From an uncultured Eubacteriales bacterium (lineage in GTDB: Bacteria; Bacillota; Clostridia; Tissierellales; Peptoniphilaceae): 64,000 nucleotides of DNA. Location of the stretch: the NCBI GenBank assembly GCA_900539225.1, contig UQBO01000001.1, positions 169,771 through 233,770 on the forward strand, given 5' to 3'. Of this stretch, positions 1 through 12,268 are shown piece by piece. The number at the start of each line of letters is the position of its first letter. The first letter of the stretch is position 1. Both the position numbers and the translations under genes were made by a program. The notes beneath the pieces were generated by a model, which saw nothing but the letters and a program-made list of their open reading frames with translations, ran no database searches and was not told the DNA's origin.

Positions 1-99
1 TTTTTTAATCTTTGTTGATTTACTTTTTTCTCTCTCAAATGAACTCAGTTTATTATATGATTTTATTTTAACGAAGTATAATAAAATTTATAAAAAAGC

Positions 100-129
100 T
101 TGTATTTTTTTTTTTTTTTGAATTATAAT
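100..129 (+). promoter_or_regulatory. Putative sigma-A promoter TTGTAT-N18-TATAAT. The spacer is a T15 homopolymer (about 105-119).
   Basis: The -35-like TTGTAT and -10 TATAAT were read directly. They sit about 35 nt upstream of the GGGGAGG RBS and ATG at 165. Confidence 0.4.
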
Positions 130-164
130 AAAGTTAAGCAATAAAAAACAGGGGAGGCTTTATT

Positions 165-1382
165 ATGAAAAAGAATTTTAGGAAAATTTTAACTTTGACA
201 CTGGCAATAATTATGCTACTAATGCCAGCAGATGCTTTGGCTAAAAGGCATCAAAAGAGGGACATACCATTAAATGGTATTATCGTTAACGACCACATAG
301 TTTTTAGCGATGTTGCGCCTTATATTAAAAATAGTAGGACATATGTACCAATTAGGTTCATTGCAGAAGAATTAGGCTTTGATGTCAAATGGGATGCTAA
401 AACAAAAAAAGTAAGTATGAGTGATGGCAAATCAACAGTAGAACTTACAATTGGATCGAAAACTATGCTGGTTAATGGCAAAAAAGTTAAATTAGATGCT
501 CCAGCTGAAATAAAAGATCAAAGAACCTTTGTTCCACTTAGAGCTATAGCAGAAGCTTTTGGCAAGAAAGTAGAATACTCAAATGATTACAGAGCAGTAT
601 GTATAGGCGACGATGTGAGATTCAATAAGAACTACAGGGTTGTTTATTACTATGATACTATTGATCCAGTTATAACAGATTATGAAATAAATATAGTAAC
701 TTATAGGATGATAGTTAATGGTGAAGAAAAGAGATTTGAAACTGTCGAAGAACTTATTGACGTAATACTAGATGACTTTGAGCAATATAAATTAACAGGC
801 AAGTCACAATATGGATTAAAAGTGTATAAAGAGTCTGTTCAATTAGTTGATGCAGACACATATAATAATAAATATATTGTACAAAAAAAGTCAACAAAAA
901 GAATTGCAACTCGAGAAGATGAAATGAGATGGGCTGAAGAGAGGAAGAAAAATGAAGTAGTGTATACAACAGAAGTTCCAGAAGAAAAACAATTAAGAGA
1001 TGAGTATTATGTTCAAAGTTCAGAAGATATCTTAGTAGGCTCTTGGTATGGTCCAAGTTCTGCTGGCCCATATAATGGAAGATCATATGATACTGATGAG
1101 TACATTTATATTGAAAGCTTGGGTGGCAATAAATATAAACTAACAAAAAGAACAATATTGGCTAGTGATAAAAGTTCAGAAATTTTTTGTGAACAATATG
1201 GTTACTTTGATAAAGCAACAAATGCTTTAAATGTTGAAGAATCTTATATAACTTACGGAGAGTCTGGATTTTTTAGTGATGGAGGTTGGCACGCAAATGA
1301 AGGTACATATTATCTTGATAAAGAAAATATGAGACTTTATTGGCACAATTATGGAAATAATCTTTATGCTGATAAGTATTAA
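165..1382 (+). CDS. Secreted protein with a copper-amine-oxidase N-terminal-like (cell-wall-associated) domain
   Basis: N-terminal signal peptide (MKKNFRKILTLTLAIIMLLMPADALA). The VPIRFIAEELGFDVKWD... and VPLRAIAEAFG repeats are typical of the Cu-amine-oxidase N-terminal domain fold. GGGGAGG RBS. Confidence 0.55.
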   Translation: MKKNFRKILTLTLAIIMLLMPADALAKRHQKRDIPLNGIIVNDHIVFSDVAPYIKNSRTYVPIRFIAEELGFDVKWDAKTKKVSMSDGKSTVELTIGSKTMLVNGKKVKLDAPAEIKDQRTFVPLRAIAEAFGKKVEYSNDYRAVCIGDDVRFNKNYRVVYYYDTIDPVITDYEINIVTYRMIVNGEEKRFETVEELIDVILDDFEQYKLTGKSQYGLKVYKESVQLVDADTYNNKYIVQKKSTKRIATREDEMRWAEERKKNEVVYTTEVPEEKQLRDEYYVQSSEDILVGSWYGPSSAGPYNGRSYDTDEYIYIESLGGNKYKLTKRTILASDKSSEIFCEQYGYFDKATNALNVEESYITYGESGFFSDGGWHANEGTYYLDKENMRLYWHNYGNNLYADKY

Positions 1383-1436
1383 ATTTATTGTTAAATAAAT
1401 ATCAGTATTTAATTGCTAAAGTCAAGGAGGAAAATC

Positions 1437-2249
1437 ATGGAAAGAAATATAATATACAAGAAAAAAAATATTATAGATAAAATATTATTTTATAGTTCAA
1501 TCGGAGCAATAGTAGGATACGTATTTTATTTAATCACATTGATTTGTGCTGGCATTCAAACTATAGTTTTACCTATTAAAGCTTTTGCCATAAGCTTAGT
1601 CGAAGGTGGAGGTTCAAATTACTTCCAAAAAATGCTAGGCATGATAGACGGGATAACTGGTGGAATCAACAATTTTATGTCAGATTTAACAAAGGCTCTT
1701 AAAGCAGTAGCCCTTATAAAAGTCTCTGGGATAATAATGTTAACACTTTCAATAGTGTTTGTAATAATATTTATAATTAGCATAGTTAAAAAATCTACAG
1801 AAGGTAAAAATATCATTACATTTTCAAACATTATATTTGCTGGTGCAAGCTTAAGCTTTATAATAAGCTCGATTCTACTTTCTAAACTTTTAAAGATATC
1901 ATCATTAGTTGCTTCGGCCGATTACACAAGACTTATGTCAGACGGTTACTCATCTTCTGATTCATATTATATGACTATGTTTAAGACCGAGCTTATGAAA
2001 CTAAATATAGCCAACTATAATCCGACTTTTGGAGTTATTTTGCTTATCCTTTCTTTTGTTTTATTGATAATAGGAGCAACTGCTATTTATAATAAAGCAT
2101 ATAAAAAAGTTAAAATCATAAAGAAAAGACCAGTAGAAGAAAAAATTATAAATAGAGAAAATCCTGTACAAAAGCAAAAAGTTGTTCAAAAAAAATCAAA
2201 GGAAGATATGGATATTGTTGAAGAAAATTTTGAAGAAGATGATGTATAA
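1437..2249 (+). CDS. Polytopic membrane protein with a K/E-rich C-terminal tail, function unknown
   Basis: Several hydrophobic helices. AAGGAGG RBS 7 nt upstream of the ATG at 1437. The ORF-track start at 1413 is a TTG inside that RBS region. Confidence 0.5.
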   Translation: MERNIIYKKKNIIDKILFYSSIGAIVGYVFYLITLICAGIQTIVLPIKAFAISLVEGGGSNYFQKMLGMIDGITGGINNFMSDLTKALKAVALIKVSGIIMLTLSIVFVIIFIISIVKKSTEGKNIITFSNIIFAGASLSFIISSILLSKLLKISSLVASADYTRLMSDGYSSSDSYYMTMFKTELMKLNIANYNPTFGVILLILSFVLLIIGATAIYNKAYKKVKIIKKRPVEEKIINRENPVQKQKVVQKKSKEDMDIVEENFEEDDV

Positions 2250-2275
2250 AACATATTTATAGAAAAGGTGCAAAT

Positions 2276-3232
2276 ATGGGAAAAGATCATAATTATGATA
2301 ATAATCAATATGATGACAGTTTTGATGAAGAAGTGATTTACTATGTAGAAGATGAAAATGATGATATTGATGATGATATGATTTATTATGAAGAAAGTAA
2401 TGAGGAAGATCTTGAAAAGAAAGTAAAACTATCTAAAAAAAGCAAAATATTAATCTTTTCAAGCCTTGCTTTCATTATATTACTTATAGCATCATATTTT
2501 ATCTACAAAAAAATTGCTTATAACAAAAAACCAGATGCTGTAGTCTCAACTTCAGACATAGGCATTAACATTACTGTCGAGGGTTACGATGGTTATGCGA
2601 GTGCTATTGCGGAAAAATTTGGCGATGTAAAGTTTCTAGATGTAAAAGATATAATGATGACAGATTTTATAAAAGATAGTATACAGATTTCTGATATTAG
2701 TTTTAATAAAAACAATAAACTGAAAAATGGTGACACTGTTGTAGCGAGATGCAAACTTAGCTCAGAGAACTTTAATATAGTTTTTGATAATGATATTATA
2801 GAAAAAGAGTATACAGTTATTGGACTTAAAGAGATAGTAAATGATTATACAGATGTTAGAAAAGATCTTTTATCAAAAATTAATGTCAAGATAAACGACG
2901 ACATGGCATACGAAGTAAGCGGTCTCCAAAATTTAGATATAATAAGATATGGGATTTTTCAGCACAAGATGAATGAGGAAGAAATACAAAATTATATTGG
3001 TGGATCTCTTGATAATAGTTTTTCCATATTAATAGTAGAAAAAGTTAATTATTTGGAAGATTATTTTGAAGATCAAAATTACAAAACTATGTATTTCGTA
3101 TATGAACTGTCAAATTTTGAGACCGATGGTGATTCAATGAAGTGTAGCTTTAAAAGAGTGAGCATGTATGACTATATTTCTGATTCAGAAATTGACGACA
3201 TGATTATGAATTGGGGTTACAAAAAGATTTGA
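2276..3232 (+). CDS. Bitopic membrane protein: acidic cytoplasmic N-terminus, one TM helix, extracytoplasmic domain; function unknown
   Basis: D/E/Y-rich N-terminal 60 aa, then the TM helix ILIFSSLAFIILLIASYFIY, then a roughly 240-aa domain. Confidence 0.45.
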   Translation: MGKDHNYDNNQYDDSFDEEVIYYVEDENDDIDDDMIYYEESNEEDLEKKVKLSKKSKILIFSSLAFIILLIASYFIYKKIAYNKKPDAVVSTSDIGINITVEGYDGYASAIAEKFGDVKFLDVKDIMMTDFIKDSIQISDISFNKNNKLKNGDTVVARCKLSSENFNIVFDNDIIEKEYTVIGLKEIVNDYTDVRKDLLSKINVKINDDMAYEVSGLQNLDIIRYGIFQHKMNEEEIQNYIGGSLDNSFSILIVEKVNYLEDYFEDQNYKTMYFVYELSNFETDGDSMKCSFKRVSMYDYISDSEIDDMIMNWGYKKI

Positions 3233-3306
3233 CACTAAGAAGATAAAGTATAGTTTAATGACTTAAGCTATACTTTATCTAGTTTTAAAGCTTCAAGGAG
3301 GAAGAT

Positions 3307-6300
3307 ATGAAAAAGTTTGTACTTGTTATTTTGATAATTGCTTTATCAATTACACAATTGAATATAATAAACTTTGCAGCTGCTTCACAAAAAGAAAAAC
3401 TAGGGAATAAAGCTGGTGGACATTTTTATTCTTCAGAATGTAGTGTTGAACAGCTTAAAAAATTAACTGGCGTAGCTGACTATGAAGGAATAAAAAAGGC
3501 AATAGAAGACATAAATAAGAATTATGTGTATAAAGAAAGTAAAAGTGGGACCTATGATTCTACTGAGTGGTACGGAAGAAATGACGAGCCAGCTGATGAT
3601 AAATTTATATATAAAGTTAAGATTTATTTTACTAAGGATTTAAATCAATCAACAATTATATTGTGCTCTGGGAAAGCAAAAACTGTTTTATATGCTTGTA
3701 ATGGTGATTCATTTAATAAGATAGTAAAAGATAATTTTTCTGACTATGATATAATGTGGCAATCAGTAACTTATGGTGCATTTATTGAAAATGTGTTTTA
3801 TTATTATAATTCTTGTGATGTTTCTATGCCATTTACAGGAACTGATGAAAATGGGGAAGAATATACTGAATCTCATATAGGAGGCGATACAAGTGTATAT
3901 AAGTTAGAAAATGGGAAACTTGTGAATATTGAATATAATGAGAAAATAATAGGCGACATAGAAATGGGCGATACAATGCCCTATTTGGAGTATTCTTATA
4001 CAATAGATCCAAGAAAGTATATATCAGCACAAGAAAACGAAAAGATAAAGAATAAAAATATAGAAGAAATTAAGAAGCTATTTTCAAACGATGATATATA
4101 TGAAAAATCTGATTTTTTTAAGAATGTAAGTAAAGACGAGTTTGAGAAGATTGTTTTTATAGGCACAACATTAAGAAATTTTATTGATACTCCTTTTGGA
4201 ATCATTGACGACAATATTATAGGAGATTGGGTACATTGGTCGGTTTTATATGATGATTCGTGGGGAACATCTACCGTTATTCTACCAAAGACATATAAAG
4301 CTATGGTAGAAAATTTTGCAAATAAAAGTAAAGATTATTCTTTTGATAATTGGACAGCTATAGATATTTTAAATAATTATACAAACGCATTCTTTGGTAA
4401 AAACTTAGAGCCAAGAGACTATGGATATGATTATGATGGACTTTTAGTTAGAAATGACTCATTTAAAAATATTTTAATAGAAACTGAGTGGTACGCTGAT
4501 TGGGGAAGAGGTGTTACTGCATCAGATATACAATCTTTATATAATTATGCAATAGTAAGGATAGATGTTTTAAATTATGGCTATATGTATTCTAAATATA
4601 TACTTGTTGAAAGAAAAAATGTTGATGGAGAAAATAAATTATTTCCTATATACATTAAAGAAGAGCCATTTACATTTGAAGAAGCTGAGAAAGCTTTAGG
4701 TCATAGTTTGCAGCCAGACTTTTTGTCGGGCTTTGATAAAGAAGAGGCTTTAAAGAAAAATTCATCACAAGAACTTATTTCTTATATCGATTCTATTCTA
4801 AAAGAAAATGAATATACAAAAGAAATTGGCCTTTTAAGCGACAGACAAGATGAATTGATTCAAGTTTTTAATAACTTTATACAGACTAAGTTATCTTACA
4901 ATATAAATGGAGCGATAGAGTTTAATCAAGACTTTTACGAAAGCCAAAAAATAGACATAGAAGATGTGGTAAATTTACAAAATTATTTCTCAAACTTAGA
5001 CATCAAAGATTTTAATAAATATAAACCAGTAGTTCAAATAAAAATGAAGCCAAACGAGGTGGGTAGATATATATTTAGTTTTAAAGATGAGCTTAAAGAC
5101 GATATAATGTATAATTTCTACTTAGATGGATTAGATATTAATGTAATTTTGACTAAGGATGATATCAATAAACTAAAAGAAAAAAATACTGTTTTTGCTA
5201 TAGAAAAGCTTGATGGCAATGTTTTTATAACGCCGCTTTCAAAAAAGAGAACAACATTACCTATAAATTTAACTATTAATTTTAATGAATTTAATGAAGA
5301 AAAATATATAATTAAAGTACCAACTCTATATTATCTTATGAATAGTGATCCTAAGTATTGTATAGTTTATACAAATCACTATGGCCCAATAAAATTTGAA
5401 AATTATGAGTCTTTAAATTTAGAAGATTTAGGTTTGGACAGCTTCAAAACGATAGCTTATAAAAATATTTTGTCATCGAAGATATTAAGCGAAGCATCTG
5501 ATAGTTTGGATTTAGATCAGCCTTTGACTAAAGGCGAGCTTGCTAGAGCTGTAGGATTTTTGCTTGGTGACTACGATGATGATAAGGATATAAAACTTGA
5601 TGATGTAAACGATTTAGATAAAATATATATAAAGTCTGCTATAAAGCATAAAATTTTCAATCATGAAGGAAACAGTTTTTATCCAAATGAAAAAGTAAAA
5701 AGAGCTCAGCTAATTTATGCTTTAACAGAAGTTTTAAAGCTTAATGGTTTTGATTTAGAAGATGAAGAGTTAAGTGAAGCGAAAAGTTTTTCTGATTTTG
5801 ACAAGTTTAAATCGATAGAAAGAAATGTTGAACTTGCTCTGGAATGTGGTCTAATATCTAACGAAGGTGAAGATTTTAATGCTGATGAGATAGTAAATAG
5901 AGATGAAGCAATACTTCTACTATATAGAACTTTAGCTTTTATTTCTAAAAAAACTGTAATAGCAAATACACATTTAGAAGACTTTGAAGCTGAAAAGGAT
6001 TTACTGTCTAATGTAACAAATAGACTTAGAGAACCAAAAATCGAAGAGATGAATAATTTAAATTCATTCATCTTCATTGAGAGTGAAAGCTTATTAGATA
6101 AATTGGAAGATTTATTTGAAAATAAAATAATTTCGATACTTACAATAATAATTGTTATAATTATCATCGCTTTAATAATATTCTTGATATTGAAGAAAAA
6201 GAAAAATAAGAAAACTATTAAAGATGATAAAATTAAAAATGCTGTTGAAGAGAAATTTATTGAAGCGGAAGACGAGGAAGTAGAAGAAGATAATTATATT

Positions 6301-6417
6301 GAATTAGATAATGAAAATGATGAAGACACAATAAAATTCTGTCCAAATTGCGGAGCCGAATATAATGGCGAAAACTTCTGCTCAAAGTGCGGATATGATT
6401 TTAGAAAGAAGAAATAA
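3307..6417 (+). CDS. Large (1036 aa) surface protein with a signal peptide, SLH-like repeats, a C-terminal TM anchor and a cytoplasmic zinc-ribbon tail
   Basis: AGGAGG RBS and signal peptide. The segment from about aa 740 to 880 (LTKGELARAVGFLL..., FNADEIVNRDEAILLLYRTLAF) resembles S-layer homology repeats. TM helix IISILTIIIVIIIIALIIFLIL, then KFCPNCGAEYNGENFCSKCGYDF (CxxC...CxxC). Confidence 0.55.
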   Translation: MKKFVLVILIIALSITQLNIINFAAASQKEKLGNKAGGHFYSSECSVEQLKKLTGVADYEGIKKAIEDINKNYVYKESKSGTYDSTEWYGRNDEPADDKFIYKVKIYFTKDLNQSTIILCSGKAKTVLYACNGDSFNKIVKDNFSDYDIMWQSVTYGAFIENVFYYYNSCDVSMPFTGTDENGEEYTESHIGGDTSVYKLENGKLVNIEYNEKIIGDIEMGDTMPYLEYSYTIDPRKYISAQENEKIKNKNIEEIKKLFSNDDIYEKSDFFKNVSKDEFEKIVFIGTTLRNFIDTPFGIIDDNIIGDWVHWSVLYDDSWGTSTVILPKTYKAMVENFANKSKDYSFDNWTAIDILNNYTNAFFGKNLEPRDYGYDYDGLLVRNDSFKNILIETEWYADWGRGVTASDIQSLYNYAIVRIDVLNYGYMYSKYILVERKNVDGENKLFPIYIKEEPFTFEEAEKALGHSLQPDFLSGFDKEEALKKNSSQELISYIDSILKENEYTKEIGLLSDRQDELIQVFNNFIQTKLSYNINGAIEFNQDFYESQKIDIEDVVNLQNYFSNLDIKDFNKYKPVVQIKMKPNEVGRYIFSFKDELKDDIMYNFYLDGLDINVILTKDDINKLKEKNTVFAIEKLDGNVFITPLSKKRTTLPINLTINFNEFNEEKYIIKVPTLYYLMNSDPKYCIVYTNHYGPIKFENYESLNLEDLGLDSFKTIAYKNILSSKILSEASDSLDLDQPLTKGELARAVGFLLGDYDDDKDIKLDDVNDLDKIYIKSAIKHKIFNHEGNSFYPNEKVKRAQLIYALTEVLKLNGFDLEDEELSEAKSFSDFDKFKSIERNVELALECGLISNEGEDFNADEIVNRDEAILLLYRTLAFISKKTVIANTHLEDFEAEKDLLSNVTNRLREPKIEEMNNLNSFIFIESESLLDKLEDLFENKIISILTIIIVIIIIALIIFLILKKKKNKKTIKDDKIKNAVEEKFIEAEDEEVEEDNYIELDNENDEDTIKFCPNCGAEYNGENFCSKCGYDFRKKK

Positions 6418-6442
6418 ATAAAACAAATAAAATAGCATTACA

Positions 6443-6482
6443 AATACCCTTCTTATGAACAAATACTAAGAAGGGTATTGTT
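6443..6482 (+). terminator. Hairpin terminator after the large surface protein gene
   Basis: Inverted repeat aatacccttctta...taagaagggtatt immediately after the stop at 6417. Confidence 0.4.
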
Positions 6483-6528
6483 ATGTGTTTAATAAAAAAA
6501 TTAATATTTTGATATAATAATTTTTAAT

Positions 6529-6566
6529 TGCTTAGTAAGACCTGTCTTGCTAAGCATTTTTTATTG
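6529..6566 (+). terminator. Rho-independent terminator-like hairpin followed by a T-run
   Basis: gcttagtaagac-ctg-tcttgctaagc, then attttttatt. Confidence 0.4.
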
Positions 6567-6635
6567 GATGGCCACGAGGGAGAAACGATTTTCGCCTTAA
6601 TCAAGATGGGCGCAATATAAAAACGCATCAAGTGC

Positions 6636-6664
6636 TTGAACTTATGCCTCTTTTGTAGTATAAT
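6636..6664 (+). promoter_or_regulatory. Consensus sigma-A promoter TTGAAC-N17-TATAAT for ruvCAB
   Basis: Exact 17-nt spacing, about 30 nt upstream of the GGAGG RBS of ruvC. Confidence 0.55.
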
Positions 6665-6694
6665 ATAAATTATAATGGAGAAGTAGGAGGCAAA

Positions 6695-7189
6695 ATGAGA
6701 ATTTTAGGTATAGACCCAGGCATCGCTATAGTAGGTGTGGGCATCATTGATTATGACGGCAACAAGGCTCACGATGTGTTCTACGACGCGATCACAACGC
6801 ACAAGGACCTTAGCCTAGATAAAAGACTTGAGAAGATTTACTTTGAGCTTGGAGCTATAATCGACAAGTACGATCCAGATGAAGCAGCTATTGAAGAACT
6901 CTTTTATTTTAAAAATCAAAAAACAGTTATACAAGTTGCTGAAGCAAGAGGAGTTACGCTTCTTTGCTTAAAGCACAAGAATCTTGCTACATATGAGTAC
7001 ACTCCACTTCAAATTAAACAAGCTGTTACTGGTTATGGTAGGGCTGAGAAAAAGCAAATGCAAGAGATGGTTAAAACTTTTCTTCACTTAGAAAAGATTC
7101 CAAAGCCAGACGACGTTGCTGATGCTTTGGCTGTTGCTCTAACTCATAGCGCAAGTATTAATTTTAAAGATCAATTTTTATTGAGGTAA
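6695..7189 (+). CDS. ruvC: Holliday junction resolvase RuvC
   Basis: MRILGIDPGIAIVGVGIIDY... is the RuvC N-terminal signature. Followed by ruvA and ruvB. Confidence 0.9.
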   Translation: MRILGIDPGIAIVGVGIIDYDGNKAHDVFYDAITTHKDLSLDKRLEKIYFELGAIIDKYDPDEAAIEELFYFKNQKTVIQVAEARGVTLLCLKHKNLATYEYTPLQIKQAVTGYGRAEKKQMQEMVKTFLHLEKIPKPDDVADALAVALTHSASINFKDQFLLR

Positions 7190-7191
7190 AT

Positions 7192-7773
7192 ATGTTTGAA
7201 TATATGATAGGTGAGGTTGTAGATAAGAAGAAGGACTACATAGTTTTGCTCGTAAATAACATTGCTTACAAAGTTTTTACATCGAAAGAAACTATGGAGA
7301 GCGACATCTACGACGGCGAAGTAAAAATTTATATGAATTTAGTAGTTAGGGAAGATGACATGAGTCTATATGGCTTTGCCAATAGATACGAAGTCGATTT
7401 TTTTAATCTGATTACAACAGTTAATGGCGTTGGACCAAAGACTGCCATAGGTATTTTGTCTGAACAAAAGGTAGTTGATCTACAAAAGGCCATCGTCACA
7501 AATGATGAAAAAGCCTTGATGAAGGCGCCTGGCATAGGCAAGAAAACTGCTCAAAGAATCATTCTTGAGCTTAAGGACAATGTTAGCAAGGGAAGCGAAT
7601 TTGAAGATCTTGCAAATGTTGTAAGTGTTGGCAGCAACCTAAACGAAGCTATAGAAGCGCTTACTTCACTTGGCTATAACAAATATGAAATCACAAGCAT
7701 TGCAAAAGGTTTAGACGAGACTATGGAAGTAGAAGATTTAATTAAAGAGCTATTGAAAAGGCTTTCAAAGTAG
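7192..7773 (+). CDS. ruvA: Holliday junction DNA helicase RuvA
   Basis: Size, position between ruvC and ruvB, and the HhH region (GVGPKTAIGIL, APGIGKKTAQRI). Confidence 0.9.
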   Translation: MFEYMIGEVVDKKKDYIVLLVNNIAYKVFTSKETMESDIYDGEVKIYMNLVVREDDMSLYGFANRYEVDFFNLITTVNGVGPKTAIGILSEQKVVDLQKAIVTNDEKALMKAPGIGKKTAQRIILELKDNVSKGSEFEDLANVVSVGSNLNEAIEALTSLGYNKYEITSIAKGLDETMEVEDLIKELLKRLSK

Positions 7774-7781
7774 GTGTTTAA

Positions 7782-8801
7782 GTGGAAGAAGATAGATTAA
7801 TAACAACTGATTTGAGGTCAGGCGAAGAAAATTTTGACAATTCACTCAGACCAAAGTGGTTTAACGACTACATTGGACAAGACAGCGTTAAGGAAAAGCT
7901 TAAAATCTTTGTTAATGCTGCGAAGATGAGAGGTGAGCCACTTGACCATGTGCTTCTATATGGACCACCAGGACTTGGTAAAACTACTCTTGCGAACATC
8001 ATTGCGAATGAGATGGGTGTTAATATTAAGATAACATCAGGTCCTGCGATTGAAAGACCAGGTGATTTGGCCTCAGTACTAACGAATTTAAAAGATGACG
8101 ATGTATTATTCATTGACGAGATACATAGAATATCACGTTCTGTCGAAGAAATACTTTATCCAGCGATGGAGGACTATTCTCTAGACTTAATCATAGGCAA
8201 GGGCCCATCGGCAAGGTCGGTTAGGATAGACCTTTCAAGATTTACGCTAATAGGCGCAACTACTAGAGCAGGGCTATTATCCTCACCATTAAGAGATAGA
8301 TTTGGTGTTATATTAAATCTAGACTTATACGATGAAGATTCACTTTGTGAGATAGTTACTAGATCTGCCGGCATTTTAGATGTAGATATTGATGATGCAG
8401 GTGCAAGAGAGATAGCTAGAAGATCAAGAGGAACTCCAAGAATTGCCAATAGGCTACTAAAGAGGGTTAGAGACTACTCTTTAGTGCTTGAAGATGGTTC
8501 TATAAGTGGCAAAATTGCTAAAAAAGGCCTAGATATACTAGAAATAGACCACTATGGCCTTGATAAAACTGACAGAAAGATACTTGATGTTATGATAAAT
8601 ACTTATGGTGGCAGACCAGTCGGCTTAGATACGCTTGCAGCATCATCGAATGAAGAGAGAACTACGATAGAAGATGTTTACGAGCCATATCTAATTCAGC
8701 TTGGTTTTATCGCAAGAACGCCAAGAGGTAGAGTAGCAACCAAACTTGCTTATGACCACATGGGCTACAAGTATAACGAAGGAGAGAATTATGAAGAATA
8801 A
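7782..8801 (+). CDS. ruvB: Holliday junction DNA helicase RuvB (GTG start)
   Basis: Walker [14 protein letters not shown] and the AAA+ RuvB motifs (DEIHR, sensor region). Confidence 0.92.
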   Translation: MEEDRLITTDLRSGEENFDNSLRPKWFNDYIGQDSVKEKLKIFVNAAKMRGEPLDHVLLYGPPGLGKTTLANIIANEMGVNIKITSGPAIERPGDLASVLTNLKDDDVLFIDEIHRISRSVEEILYPAMEDYSLDLIIGKGPSARSVRIDLSRFTLIGATTRAGLLSSPLRDRFGVILNLDLYDEDSLCEIVTRSAGILDVDIDDAGAREIARRSRGTPRIANRLLKRVRDYSLVLEDGSISGKIAKKGLDILEIDHYGLDKTDRKILDVMINTYGGRPVGLDTLAASSNEERTTIEDVYEPYLIQLGFIARTPRGRVATKLAYDHMGYKYNEGENYEE

Positions 8802-10087
8802 AATATTAATTATATTGACAATATTTTTGCTAGCATTTTCTATAAACAGTGCTAAAGCAGAGACTGGATATGAGCATATAAGTAATGTTGATGTAAAGCT
8901 TGGTATAAGCGCGCAAAACATGAATGAATTAAAACTATACAGTGACGATGGTTTTGAAGTGAGAGATATGTACTCTAACTTAAGCCTATTCCAAAGCTTT
9001 GAAAAGAATATTGTTTTAAAATTAAATGGACAAAATTATGATATTTATGACTCTTTAGGTAATTATTTATCAAGTATGGCGACAAACAAGTCTATGAAGA
9101 TTCAATCTCCTAGTTCGAGTCCTATCAAGATAAATAATAAAAGATACAGAGGCTACTTAACATTTGATACAGTTGACAAGCAATTGGCTGCTATTAACAA
9201 TGTCGGTCTTGAAGAGTACCTTTATGGCGTCGTTCCAAGAGAGATGCCAAGCACTTTCTCATACGAAGCGCTTAAGGCACAAGCGGTAGCTGCTAGGTCT
9301 TATGCAGTTTGTAGCGTTACAAGAAATAAGGATAAATCATTTGATTTATATGATACCGTATCTAGCCAAGTTTATGGCGGTTTTGACGCTGAAAGAGATA
9401 ATGTGAGAAAAGCGGTCGATGAAACTAGAGGACAAATCTTATTGTCTGAAGGCAAGGTTGTTAACGCGACTTATTCATCATCCAATGGTGGCTATACAGC
9501 GGATGCTAACGATGTTTGGGGCGCTAAGTATAAGTATTTAATCTCAAAAGAAGATAAATATTCTATAAATGAGCCAAATTATAATTGGAATTTTCAAATT
9601 AATGCAAACGATTTAATCAATGGACTTAAAAAGCAAGGCATTAATGTAAATTCGATTAATCAAATTTATGTAAAAGAAAATAATAATAGCAAGAGAGTTA
9701 AGACTGTTGCTATAATGGACGGCGCTAAAGAAGTGCTTGTCGATAACAATAAATTTAAGAACGCTATCGGTGCGAATAAATTTAAGAGCAGTATGTATAC
9801 AATTGAGGCGAGTGGTGTAAGCGCTGCAACGCAAGCGCCAGAGAACGATAGTGATGGCGAAGTAACTGTTTTATTTGAAGATGGCGTCGCTATATTTATA
9901 AGTAGTGAAGCTAGTGAAAAAGCTAGTCCAAGCCCAGCTATAAGCGCTGATGCAAAAATTAAGATAGCTGGTCACGGCTGGGGCCACGGTGTTGGACTAA
10001 GCCAATGGGGCGCAAACAACATGGCTAAGGCCGGACTAAAATATGATGAAATACTAAAATTCTACTATGACGGAGCTGAAATAAGTA

Positions 10088-10098
<11 letters not shown>
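8791..10098 (+). CDS. spoIID: SpoIID/LytB-domain protein (amidase-enhancer / stage II sporulation protein D family), secreted
   Basis: The signal peptide [23 protein letters not shown] is at the internal ATG, with the ORF-track TTG 45 nt upstream. [31 protein letters not shown] and the C-terminal [14 protein letters not shown] are SpoIID family hallmarks. Confidence 0.8.
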
Positions 10099-12230
<2,132 letters not shown>

Positions 12231-12268
12231 TATAGTGTATAATAGTATTAACAATATAGGGAGGTTAT

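Noticed and set aside
754-1155. 133-aa minus-strand ORF
   Set aside because: It is antisense inside the well-supported + strand secreted-protein gene, with low-complexity Leu/Phe-rich AT-codon content typical of spurious ORFs.
5715-6167. 150-aa minus-strand ORF (Ser/Leu-rich)
   Set aside because: It is antisense to the 1036-aa surface protein gene, with no RBS and low-complexity composition.
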